IMG/VR virus record: IMGVR_UViG_3300009528_000001
Source of the DNA: an uncultured virus (IMG/VR IMGVR_UViG_3300009528_000001)
Taxonomy: Duplodnaviria > Heunggongvirae > Uroviricota > Caudoviricetes
Strand: one strand, 5' to 3'
Length of the DNA: 64,000 bases
In this document: positions 9,949 through 19,037 of the stretch, in pieces
Numbering within the stretch: the stretch's first letter is position 1
Layout of the letters: each line of letters starts with the position of its first letter
Made by a program: the position numbers and the translations under genes
Notes under the pieces: generated by a model
Told to the model about the DNA's origin: nothing
Databases searched by the model: none
What the model saw: only the letters and a program-made list of their open reading frames with translations

Positions 9949-10898
9949 TGCATCAACACAGGATAATAGAGGATACAGTTTATTTCGGTGCAGGTTCAAA
10001 TGATACCAGTGGCTCTGGCAATGACGGTGTTTCGGCTGTCTTTGATGTCCGGTTGGCTGGTGCCGCTGCCGGGGCAGCCCCGGTTTTAAGCGGGTCGGCA
10101 ACTTTATTGACTCATGCGAATTTTCCCCCTTGATGTTATGAAATCGCTATAGCGGCAACTACTGGAAACGGTTTCGCTGCCGGCAATACATATCTAGTAT
10201 TTTTTACCGTATTGGCAGATAGCCAAAATCCAACTGGATTTATGGGCTCTTTTTCGTTGGAGCCGATAATTGCAGATGTGAGAGAGTTGGCTGGCGCTGT
10301 TCAATCCCTGACCGATTTAAAAGATTTTGCAGATGCGGGTTATGATCCGGGGACAAACAAGGTTGAAGGGGTTAAATTGGTCGATACATGCACCACGAAC
10401 ACAGATCAGGCGGGAACTGATAACGCGGCTTTGGCTTCGGGGTTAGCTGCACATGACAGTAAATTGGATACCGCTCAAACCGATTTGGATACCTTGACGG
10501 GGGCCGATGGCGCTACGCTGGCCACAGCCCAGGGGAATTACGCACCCGCTAAAGCCGGTGATCAGATGAATTTAGTCGCCGATCAATCTGCTGCAACTGT
10601 AGGTACTGTGACCGATGTGTCTAATGACGTGGGAATAACTCAAGCCGGAGCGGATAAGGTAAACGGTTCTGGCGGTGCTGTTATTCCAGATATTGACATT
10701 GGCGCTCCGCCATCCACACCAACACCTCAGCAATACCGTAGCACTGTCTGGGCTTCTTTGGTCAACAAAGCCATTTCAGATACAAGCGGTGCTGGGGAAT
10801 GGAAAATTTTTAGTGCCTCTGGTACTTTGGCTGCAAAGGGAACAATAACAGATGGATCAAGTATATTCACTCGCAGTAGATTGGGCGCACCTTCATAA
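9948..10898 (+). CDS. Virion fibre-like protein interrupted by one in-frame TGA (10131-10133)
   Basis: ORFs 9948-10133 and 10212-10898 share a frame and the intervening codons are open (CYEIAIAATTGNGF...). A/G/T/D-rich composition throughout. Confidence 0.6.
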
Positions 10899-11126
10899 AT
10901 GGCTATTGATTCGGCAAACAAGAGATTATCTGCAATTAATGCTGGCTTAATGAGGATACAACCATTTCCAAATGGTTCATTAACCTTAACTGACAGAGTC
11001 ATAGTTCTCGGTATATACGCCCATGATTCTTTTCCTGCACCGGTAATTATCACCAAGCAACTAAAGGTTGCAAGCATTTCCCTGGTTGATCAATTCAAGA
11101 TCGGAGATATTGAATTTGTCTGTTAG
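10899..11126 (+). CDS. Small virion-associated protein
   Basis: Starts immediately after the previous stop (TAAATG); MAIDSANKRLSA N-terminus. Confidence 0.55.
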   Translation: MAIDSANKRLSAINAGLMRIQPFPNGSLTLTDRVIVLGIYAHDSFPAPVIITKQLKVASISLVDQFKIGDIEFVC

Positions 11127-11502
11127 CCCACCAATTTTAAGCCAAGAAACAAAGATAGCTCTGCAAGTATATCAAGGTAAAAATATCACATGGGAAATGC
11201 CCGTGGTTAACATCCAAGATGATACGGCTGTCGATATAACGGGAGCCGCTATAATATTTTCAGTCAAGGAAAGGGTTGCTGATTCACCCGCACTATTCAC
11301 AAGAATAGTAGGGACGGGAATTGTGATTGACCCTGACCAAGTAACCAACAAAGGCAAGTATCAACTATCTTTAATTCCCGGAAATACGGAAGATTTAGAA
11401 CCTCAGTTATATCAGTGTGATGTTGAGCTTACTCTAAACTCAAAGGAACAAACAATCGCCAGGGGAACGCTTGAAGTCTTGGATGTCGTGACTGGTCTTT
11501 AA
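11113..11502 (+). CDS. BppU N-terminal-like baseplate/adaptor domain protein
   Basis: YQG...VDITGAAIIFSVK...G.Y.L.P..T.DL...YQCDVEL pattern. Start codon uncertain. Confidence 0.55.
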   Translation, partial: NLSVSPPILSQETKIALQVYQGKNITWEMPVVNIQDDTAVDITGAAIIFSVKERVADSPALFTRIVGTGIVIDPDQVTNKGKYQLSLIPGNTEDLEPQLYQCDVELTLNSKEQTIARGTLEVLDVVTGL

Positions 11503-11597
11503 TGAGTTGCATATAAATATTAAGCCGGGATAGCACGGTGACCCTTGAAAGCGCCATATGAATTTCATAAGATTATTGCGAAGATAATAAAATAAGT

Positions 11598-11625
11598 TTG
11601 ACAACGGAAAATAGCGTGGTACAAT
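11598..11625 (+). promoter_or_regulatory. Promoter of the protein-RNA unit
   Basis: TTGACA-16 nt-TACAAT with TG extension. Confidence 0.7.
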
Positions 11626-11680
11626 AGTAGAATAATATTCAAGTACCATTTATTTAATTTCAATCTAAGAGAGGACCGCT

Positions 11681-12433
11681 ATGGGACAGTTACATGAAGT
11701 TCTGGCAGTAGAAAATGAATTAAAAAATATCGCAAAGAAAACAATTGAGGAGGGAATAACCACCTTCTCTAAAAAACCGGGACATTTCATTGGGATACAG
11801 AAAACTCTTAAAATGTTTGATGATGCCCGTGGCAATGAAGAGGCCGCTGCCCAACAATCTCAGGAAATGGTAACAACTGTAAGCGCAAAGTTGAAATATG
11901 TAATAAAAAGTGCTGTAAAAGCCTTGGATGCTACAGCACAGAAAGAAAAAACCAACCAGCTTGCTAAGTCCGATGTGATTATTAATGGTACGGCAATATT
12001 AAAGAACGTACCAGCCACATTATTATTAACTCTCGAAAAAGAGTTGGTGGTATATCGCAATTTATATTCAAGCATCCCGACATTGCAACCCGGCGTAGAA
12101 TGGATAGAAGACAAGGATCAGGGCGCTGGCATTTATCGCGCTGCAAAAGTTGATATCAAATCAAAGACTGAAAAAACACGTCTCCATAAAGAGATTTCAC
12201 CTGCAACAAGAGAACATAAGGCCCAGATCGAGACATGGACAGAAGATCGCCCTGTAGGAAATTACGAAACAACACATATATGCAGCATGATCACACCAGC
12301 CCGTAAATCTGATTTACTCGGAAAAATAGATGGTCTTATTCAAGCTGTGAAAAAAGCCAGGACACGGGCCAATAAAGAAGAAATAGTTGATGTGCACGTC
12401 GGACAAAGCATTTTCGATTACATCAACGCTTAA
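11681..12433 (+). CDS. Helical protein of unknown function (DUF7873-like from memory, unverified)
   Basis: 250 aa, RBS GAGGA, own promoter. Segments LHEVLAVE, NVPATLLLTLEK and SMITPARKS...VKKARTRAN. Confidence 0.75.
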   Translation: MGQLHEVLAVENELKNIAKKTIEEGITTFSKKPGHFIGIQKTLKMFDDARGNEEAAAQQSQEMVTTVSAKLKYVIKSAVKALDATAQKEKTNQLAKSDVIINGTAILKNVPATLLLTLEKELVVYRNLYSSIPTLQPGVEWIEDKDQGAGIYRAAKVDIKSKTEKTRLHKEISPATREHKAQIETWTEDRPVGNYETTHICSMITPARKSDLLGKIDGLIQAVKKARTRANKEEIVDVHVGQSIFDYINA

Positions 12434-12436
12434 GGA

Positions 12437-12692
12437 TGGAGGAAATTTAAAGCTTAAGCTCAAATTAATATAGCCATCAGGCTATTCAGATTTAATTTAT
12501 TGCCTCCACAAATTTAGGCAGAAAGATATTTAAAAAAGACATCTTGTAAAAAATAAACCGAGGTCGGTGGTTCGAATCCATTCTGACCAGCCACCAACTC
12601 AAGAGTTATCTTGAGTTGATATATTGGTCAGTAGCTCAGTGGTAGAGCGCGGAAATTTAATTTAAAACAAGATGAGTTTTGAAAAGATATCT
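12437..12692 (+). ncRNA. Structured RNA with circularly permuted tRNA-like domain (YrlA-like topology)
   Basis: T arm GGTGG-TTCGAAT-CCATT (12566-82), then 3' acceptor strand CTGACCA-G-CCA (12583-93), a 10-bp hairpin, 5' acceptor strand TGGTCAG (12625-31) and D arm GCTC-AGTGGTA-GAGC. Closed by CCG/CGG and ATCTTGT/ACAAGAT. Confidence 0.8.
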
Positions 12693-12703
12693 GGAGCCAA
12701 CAA

Positions 12704-12775
12704 CTATCTTTAGCTCAACGGTAGAGCACATCAATGATAATGATGCTGTTGTCGGTTCGATTCCGGCAAGATATT
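12704..12775 (+). tRNA. Atypical tRNA-Ile(GAT)-like
   Basis: Cloverleaf: TATCTT/AAGATA, D arm GCTC-AACGGTA-GAGC, anticodon arm CATCA-ATGATAA-TGATG, T arm GTCGG-TTCGATT-CCGGC. Deviations: A32, 1-72 mismatch, U73, no encoded CCA. Confidence 0.7.
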
Positions 12776-12779
12776 CATG

Positions 12780-12814
12780 GCAGGGGGTCACAGGCTAGTG
12801 GCCTCCTGCATTTT
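12780..12814 (+). terminator. Terminator-like hairpin closing the RNA unit
   Basis: GCAGGGGGTCAC/GTGGCCTCCTGC followed by ATTTT. Confidence 0.6.
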
Positions 12815-12845
12815 AAATTAATAATATTTAGCTCTGTAACTCAAT

Positions 12846-13037
12846 ATGAAAATCATAAACATAAAACTAAAATCTGAGATAGCCTTATCTGGCAGGCGCC
12901 AGATGGAGATAGCTTCATCGGCTAACATAACAGAGGAGCGGTTGTCGCAATTAGTTACCGGGCGAAGGAACGCTAACACGGAGGAGCGCAAGGCGATAGC
13001 TGAGGTTTTGGGGTGCAAAGAAGGGGAAATCTTTTAA
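12846..13037 (+). CDS. Cro/XRE-like HTH regulator
   Basis: QMEIASSANITEERLSQLVTGRR...IAEVLG. Confidence 0.8.
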   Translation: MKIINIKLKSEIALSGRRQMEIASSANITEERLSQLVTGRRNANTEERKAIAEVLGCKEGEIF

Positions 13038-13766
13038 ATAAAAAAAATACCTTACGACCCTGCCCCGGAACCGATAAAAACATTCACAACCAAGCCGCTA
13101 AACATGAAAGTATTAAAAGCTGTAAAAGATGTCATAGAAAAAGAAATGTGCCTGGAATTGGAGTAAAATGGATATATTAGATTCCTTTAACATTTATAAT
13201 GTAGATCACTTGAAAGCCCACAGATTACTTGAGGAGACTGGATCATGGCCGGAAGGTTTCTTATCAAAAGAAATTTCATTCTGTACTGGGTGGCAGATAA
13301 AACTTGCCGGTCTCATGGCTACCGCTTGGGCTAACCACAACCATTTAGGATTTAGGGATGAAGATTGAAATCAAGTTGGGCGACCCGAAATACTGCGACG
13401 GCTGTCCGTGTTTACAGGCAAGCTATTTTGGCGGATCGCCGGATTGTGGACAGTATTACGACATTGAAGACAATAGAGAGAAGTATCGTAAGTCAAACCA
13501 AGAGACCATCCGACCACCGGAATGCATCAACGCGCACGGGGAATGATGATGAAAAAAAACGATATAGAAAATTTCCAATCAGTTATTGAAGATGTGCGCA
13601 ACGAATTTTTAAATAAATCTTATGAGTTTATGGGTGACCCCATAGAAACGCGAAAACAGCAAGCTTATGCACGTAACCGCGACATAATACTGGAAAAGTT
13701 ACAAGAATCATTAATGTGGCTGGAAAATATGAAGATCTTTGATCCTTTTTAAGTCATGGGGGAAAA

Positions 13767-14030
13767 ATGGACACAACAATCTCAACCATAATAACCCTGC
13801 TAACTCCAGGGATAACCGGACTCCTTAAAAGATTAATCCCCTTTAAGAGCGAGAAAACGTTTAAAAAGTTCCTGCCCGTTATTCCCCCGTTGGTGGGCGC
13901 TCTTTTAGGGCTTATCGGTGATCTTTTCGGCTTTCAGCTAACCCCGGAGATTAATAACGCTTTCACCGGGTTGTTTCTTGGGGCCATGGGATCGACGGTA
14001 TACGACGCTGGGAAAGCTCAGAAGAGATGA
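13767..14030 (+). CDS. Holin-like small membrane protein
   Basis: 87 aa, 2-3 TM segments, GLFLGAMGSTVYD, basic C-terminus. Confidence 0.55.
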   Translation: MDTTISTIITLLTPGITGLLKRLIPFKSEKTFKKFLPVIPPLVGALLGLIGDLFGFQLTPEINNAFTGLFLGAMGSTVYDAGKAQKR

Positions 14031-14344
14031 GAAAACAAAGCGATGCAAAATTAATGGTTAAATTGGAGAAATTCGCCACTTTAAATCTAAATGCATCGGA
14101 CTCACTTCGAGATCCCCCAATTATCTGTTATGATTGGCTTGATATTCAAATGTTTGGGTGGGGTAGAGATAAAAAAAGTGCAAAACAAGATCTTCTTGAA
14201 TGCTTAAAGCAATATTTTAAACATTTGGTTGAAAATAAAGATTCACTCGGGGTTATCCCCACTCACGATCTTGAGGTCTTGCACAAGTTCTTTAATTGGT
14301 GAGGAATATAATGTTGTGAGATAGCGGCCGCGAGGATTAGGAAA

Positions 14345-14686
14345 ATGGCTAAATACTGCGAGGAAATAATCAAACAAATTGAGGGTATGCTTGCCATAGG
14401 TGTGTCTAATAAGTCTTGCGCAGAGGCGGTAGGAATCAATGAAGAGACTTTCTATGATTGGATGAAAAAGCCCAAGTTTTCCAAGAGGATAAAAGCGGCA
14501 AAATCATTAGGACAAGTTAAGTTATTGAAAATAATAAATGAAGACCCTAGTTGGCAATCTAAAGCATGGGCGCTTGAGAGGATTTGGCCGAAGGAATTTG
14601 GAAAGAAAATTTTAGAAGTCTCCGGCCCGGACGGCGAGCCGATAAATCAAAACATTACAGTGACTTTCGTTGAACTCAAACATTGA
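14345..14686 (+). CDS. terS: Terminase small subunit
   Basis: HTH (CAEAVGINEETFYDW), WQSKAWALER and EVSGPDGEPI tail; overlaps terL. Confidence 0.8.
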   Translation: MAKYCEEIIKQIEGMLAIGVSNKSCAEAVGINEETFYDWMKKPKFSKRIKAAKSLGQVKLLKIINEDPSWQSKAWALERIWPKEFGKKILEVSGPDGEPINQNITVTFVELKH

Positions 14687-15854
14687 AATACCAAAAGCAT
14701 TCAAGGAATTATTTGACCCGCATAGATTCAAGGTTTACTATGGGGGAAGGGGAGGTGCCAAGAGCGCAAGTTTTGCCAGAACATTATTGATAAAAGCCAT
14801 GCAAAGACCGCACCGGATAATGTGTGGCAGGGAGGTTCAGTTATCAATAAAGGATTCAGTGAAAAGGGTTCTTGATGATATTATCGCAGAATACAATCTT
14901 GAATATTTTTTCACTTCAACAAGACAGGAGATAACAGGTTTAAATGGATCATTATTTATTTTTACGGGCCTAAAAGATAATGTCCAGAAAATAAAATCAA
15001 TGGAAGGCATTGATATCTGCTGGGTTGAAGAAGCGGATGGAGTCTCCCAAGCTTCTTTAGATATTCTTATTCCGACAATACGCCGAGAAGGTTCCGAGTT
15101 ATGGTTCTCCTACAATCCAAGGGATATAAATGCACCAGTCCATCAAATGTTTGTGGAGAACAAACGGGATAACGCTCTTGTCAAGAAGGTAAACTATGAT
15201 GCTAATCCCTGGTTTCCTGATGTTCTCAAACAAGAAATGGAGTGGGATAAATCCCATGATCCCGGCAAATATCAGCATATATGGCTCGGGGAACCGGTAA
15301 AATATACAGAGGCTCTTGTATTTCATGGAAAATGGAGCATTGACACATTTAATGCACCCCAAGATACAGTTTTTTATTATGGTGCAGATTGGGGTTTCTC
15401 CCAAGATCCTACGGCACTTATAAGATTGTACGAGGATCACGATAACCGTAAATTATTTATTGATTACGAAGCTGGAGGGGTAGGGGTTGAAATAGACGAC
15501 ACCCCGGAATTATTCGATCAAGTACCAGGATCAAGAAAATGGTTCATAACTGCTGACTCGGCCCGACCGGAAACAATCAGCTACATGAATCGTCAAGGGT
15601 TCAGGATTCTTCCGGCAAAAAAAGGCAAGGGATCAGTTGAAGAAGGTATTAAGTTTCTCAAATCTTATGAAATAATTATACACAGTAGATGCAAGCGTGT
15701 AATATATGAATTTGGTAATTACAGTTACAAGACCGATCCAAGAACAGGTGATATCCTGCCAGTTCTGGAAGATAAACATAACCATTTTGTCGATTGCGCA
15801 CGTTATGCTCTGGAGCGGATAACAAGGAAAAAACAAGCAGGAAGGTTTTTTTGA
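14670..15854 (+). CDS. terL: Terminase large subunit, PBSX family
   Basis: YGGRGGAKS Walker A, WVEEA Walker B, SYNP, GADWGFSQDP, ADSARPE and NHFVDCARYA. Confidence 0.96.
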   Translation: MNSNIEIPKAFKELFDPHRFKVYYGGRGGAKSASFARTLLIKAMQRPHRIMCGREVQLSIKDSVKRVLDDIIAEYNLEYFFTSTRQEITGLNGSLFIFTGLKDNVQKIKSMEGIDICWVEEADGVSQASLDILIPTIRREGSELWFSYNPRDINAPVHQMFVENKRDNALVKKVNYDANPWFPDVLKQEMEWDKSHDPGKYQHIWLGEPVKYTEALVFHGKWSIDTFNAPQDTVFYYGADWGFSQDPTALIRLYEDHDNRKLFIDYEAGGVGVEIDDTPELFDQVPGSRKWFITADSARPETISYMNRQGFRILPAKKGKGSVEEGIKFLKSYEIIIHSRCKRVIYEFGNYSYKTDPRTGDILPVLEDKHNHFVDCARYALERITRKKQAGRFF

Positions 15855-15871
15855 TACAATTAGGAGTTATT

Positions 15872-16012
15872 ATGAAAACACCATTAAATAAATTAAGTCC
15901 AAGATTATCAAATAGGAAAAAGTTGCTTCGAACGCTAAAACAATATGAGCGCAATCTGCGGCGAGCTTTGCGTGGATCTGCTGAGATGTTCTGGAGGGGG
16001 GCCAGACCCTAG
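15872..16012 (+). CDS. 46-aa peptide containing portal-derived segments
   Basis: RBS GGAG; 34 bp identical to portal gene 17048-17081. Confidence 0.45.
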   Translation: MKTPLNKLSPRLSNRKKLLRTLKQYERNLRRALRGSAEMFWRGARP

Positions 16013-16284
16013 GACATTATGGGCGAAAAAATAATTTACTTTTGCGATCAATGTGGAAAAGAAGTAAAAGATTATTTTAAAATAGAAACACCAAAAGAGC
16101 AATTATTTTTTTGTGACATATTATGTACGGAAAAATATCTTAATATTTATTTTAAGTTCACAAATAATAAAAAAATAATTTATTTGAGAACATCCAATGG
16201 ACATGTAAATGATTGCAACATAAATCATTTTCAAGTTTTTGCCAAATAGCAAAGACATGCTTCGGGTATTAGGATTAAATAGCC

Positions 16285-17706
16285 ATGCCAAAACAAACTA
16301 TTAAAACCAAAAAGAAAACATCAAAAAACTCGCCTGGGATAACATCCAACTTGGAGTTCTTCAAAGCCCTGTCAAGCGTTGCTCTCGCACGTGCGGAGCT
16401 ATCCTCAAAACTCGGTATACAATATAGCGGTGAACGAGATTTATATCAAGCGTTAGGATACAAAACTGACTTAGAATACACCGACTATTGGACACAATAC
16501 GACAGGCAGGATATCGCCAAAGCAATCATCGATAGACCAGTTCAGGCAACATGGCAAGGCGGGGTTGAGTTAGTCGAGTCTGACGATGATGAAGAGACAG
16601 AATTAGAAAAGTCATTTGGTGAATTATATGACAATAAGTCATTGGGATCAATATTCACAAGGTTGGATAAATTAACAGGCATAGGTTGTTATGGTATTTT
16701 ATTGCTTGGTCTGAGCGATGTAAAAAATAAAGAAGATTATAAAAATGAAGTAACAAGTAAAAACATGGACATAAATTATATAAAACCATTAAGTCAGAAT
16801 AGTGCCAAGGTATCGACATGGGAAGAGAATCCAGCCCATGAGAGGTTTGGCAAGCCGTTAACCTATGATATCACGCTCTCCTCTCCTGGTGGAACGGGAA
16901 CGACCACGACTACGGCCACATCACAACTGCAAGTACACTGGTCAAGAATAATCCATGTTGCCGAAGGACTATTAGAATCAGAAGTAATAGGAACTCCCAG
17001 GTTAAAAGCTGTTTTTAACCGTTTATACGATATGGAAAAGTTGGTTGGTGGATCTGCTGAGATGTTCTGGAGGGGGGCCAGGGGAGGGTTCCAAATATTA
17101 GCAGAAAAAGAATATTCAATGGGAGCGGCGGAGAGAGCGGATTTAAAAGACCAGATTGACGAATATGAGCACAACCTCAGAAGAATTCTAAACATGCAGG
17201 GGGTTAAATTAGAAGCCCTTGCTCAACAAATATCTGACCCCCAGAATCATGTAGATATCCAGTTTCAAATGATATCGGCAGTTACCGGGATACCAAAGAG
17301 GATATTTACTGGGTCAGAGCGTGGGCAGTTAGCAAGTTCCCAGGATGATAAAACTTGGAAAGAATTGTTACTGGCACGGCGTGAAGAATTTGCAGAACCT
17401 ATCATTGTCAGGCAGTTTGTCGATAGGATGATTTTGTTTGGAATACTGCCCCCGGCAAAAGACAAATACTCAGTTAAATGGTCTGATTTATTCTCACAAA
17501 GTGAAAAGGAAAAAGCAGAAGTCGGTAAAATTATTGCTGATTCTCTTGCTCTATATTCTCGTGATCCAATAGCACGAAACATTATTCCGCCATCTACCTT
17601 TCTAAAATTTGTTATCGGGCTTAGTGAAGAAAAAGTGAAGATGATTGAAGAAGATCGGAAGAATGAGGTTAAATTGGAAGTCGATGATTTTGCGGAGGGG
17701 GAATAA
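16285..17706 (+). CDS. Portal protein (DUF1073-type)
   Basis: Follows terL; IAKAIIDRP, VHWSRIIH and TGIPKRIFTGSERG motifs. Confidence 0.88.
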   Translation: MPKQTIKTKKKTSKNSPGITSNLEFFKALSSVALARAELSSKLGIQYSGERDLYQALGYKTDLEYTDYWTQYDRQDIAKAIIDRPVQATWQGGVELVESDDDEETELEKSFGELYDNKSLGSIFTRLDKLTGIGCYGILLLGLSDVKNKEDYKNEVTSKNMDINYIKPLSQNSAKVSTWEENPAHERFGKPLTYDITLSSPGGTGTTTTTATSQLQVHWSRIIHVAEGLLESEVIGTPRLKAVFNRLYDMEKLVGGSAEMFWRGARGGFQILAEKEYSMGAAERADLKDQIDEYEHNLRRILNMQGVKLEALAQQISDPQNHVDIQFQMISAVTGIPKRIFTGSERGQLASSQDDKTWKELLLARREEFAEPIIVRQFVDRMILFGILPPAKDKYSVKWSDLFSQSEKEKAEVGKIIADSLALYSRDPIARNIIPPSTFLKFVIGLSEEKVKMIEEDRKNEVKLEVDDFAEGE

Positions 17707-19037
17707 AAATGTTTTATTGCGATGATTGCGGTAAAGAAAATTCATGGCCGACAACTATGGGAAAAAATATTGGCAAATGTGAGATATGTAAAAAACAAAC
17801 AGCATGTAATGATCTGCCTTCAAAATACCTGCCAGCCAGAGTCAAGCTAAAGCATGGGAGGAGATTAATATTAAGTTAATGCATCGACCGCACGGAAGAA
17901 TGATGAAAAATTCTAAGATTACATTAATTAACATAGAAAACTTAAAGCCGGGTGATATATGTGTAATTCGTGAGGATGGGAAAGTTTATCTTGCAGAAGA
18001 TGGCGACAATTGGTGCAAAACTTTTGTTTATGATCCAAATGAAATAATGTTTCTTAATGATGATATCTATACACCTATCCTTGTTGCTGATCCCATAGAA
18101 GATGACAGACCAGTTCGTCCAGAGCTAAATTAAACTAATGCCCCAAACAGCCCATAAACATACATGTAATCAGGGGAAGGATAAAAGGAAGGTATAATGT
18201 CTTTATTTATCGGTGGACCTATGGATGGCAAGTTAAGGGAAGTGGATCCCAATAGACAGACAATATCTTTTCTAAAACATAATCCTGATTGTTCTGACTT
18301 TAGAAAGGGATGCCAAATACGCGAAGAGTTAATGTCTGAAGAAGTAGAATACTACAAGATGACCTTTCTTGACATGCATTTGTGGATAGAAGACTCTCTA
18401 ACCGAAAGACAAGCTATACATATGCTGATTCAAAATTATATAAAGTGAAATATGCCACAACAACTCAAAACACAAACACACACATGCAACCACCATATAG
18501 ATAAACACCACTATGCGGTAACATGTTAAATATTTTAAGGGAGTAATAAAATGTATTTTAAAATTTCTAATAGTGACGGTGATACTTTGATACAAACATT
18601 TGAAGATAAGAATGAATTACTAAAAGAATTAAAGGAAAACGAGCCTAATTGCTTAATAAATGTTACAAATATGGACACAAATTATTGGGGCGAAAACTCT
18701 GTATTGATTATAAAAGGTACAATTGTTATGCCCACTGTCAAGAAAGTTATAGAAGAATTAGATATTGAATAAATAAGAATAATATGCCACAACAAATCAA
18801 AAACCAACCCAAACACACCATAGTATGTGATCTGTGTCCTTATTATAAATTTACAAGAAAAAATGTTCCTGATAATATTTTTAAGTTATTGTTTGCAGAT
18901 TATATTTTGCATCCTCCGACACATCTCAATACTATAGTAGTAGAATCTGAAGAATTTTGGAGCAAAGTGGGGTGGGTTAGAATGAGAGAGTTTCATATTC
19001 CACATAAAAAATCTTATGAATATTTAAAAGAGTTATA

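Noticed and set aside
12437..12775. Two-piece tmRNA or attP/attB tRNA remnant
   Set aside because: It has a full D stem, no G3-U70 pair and no tag ORF. The halves pair perfectly in permuted order and no integrase is adjacent.
15972..17081. Diversity-generating retroelement TR/VR pair
   Set aside because: The copies are identical with no adenine-specific mismatches, only 34 bp long, and no reverse transcriptase is present.
16285..17706. Anti-CBASS Acb1 label sometimes attached to this family
   Set aside because: Size, motifs and position after terL indicate a portal; no separate 2H-phosphoesterase domain is evident.
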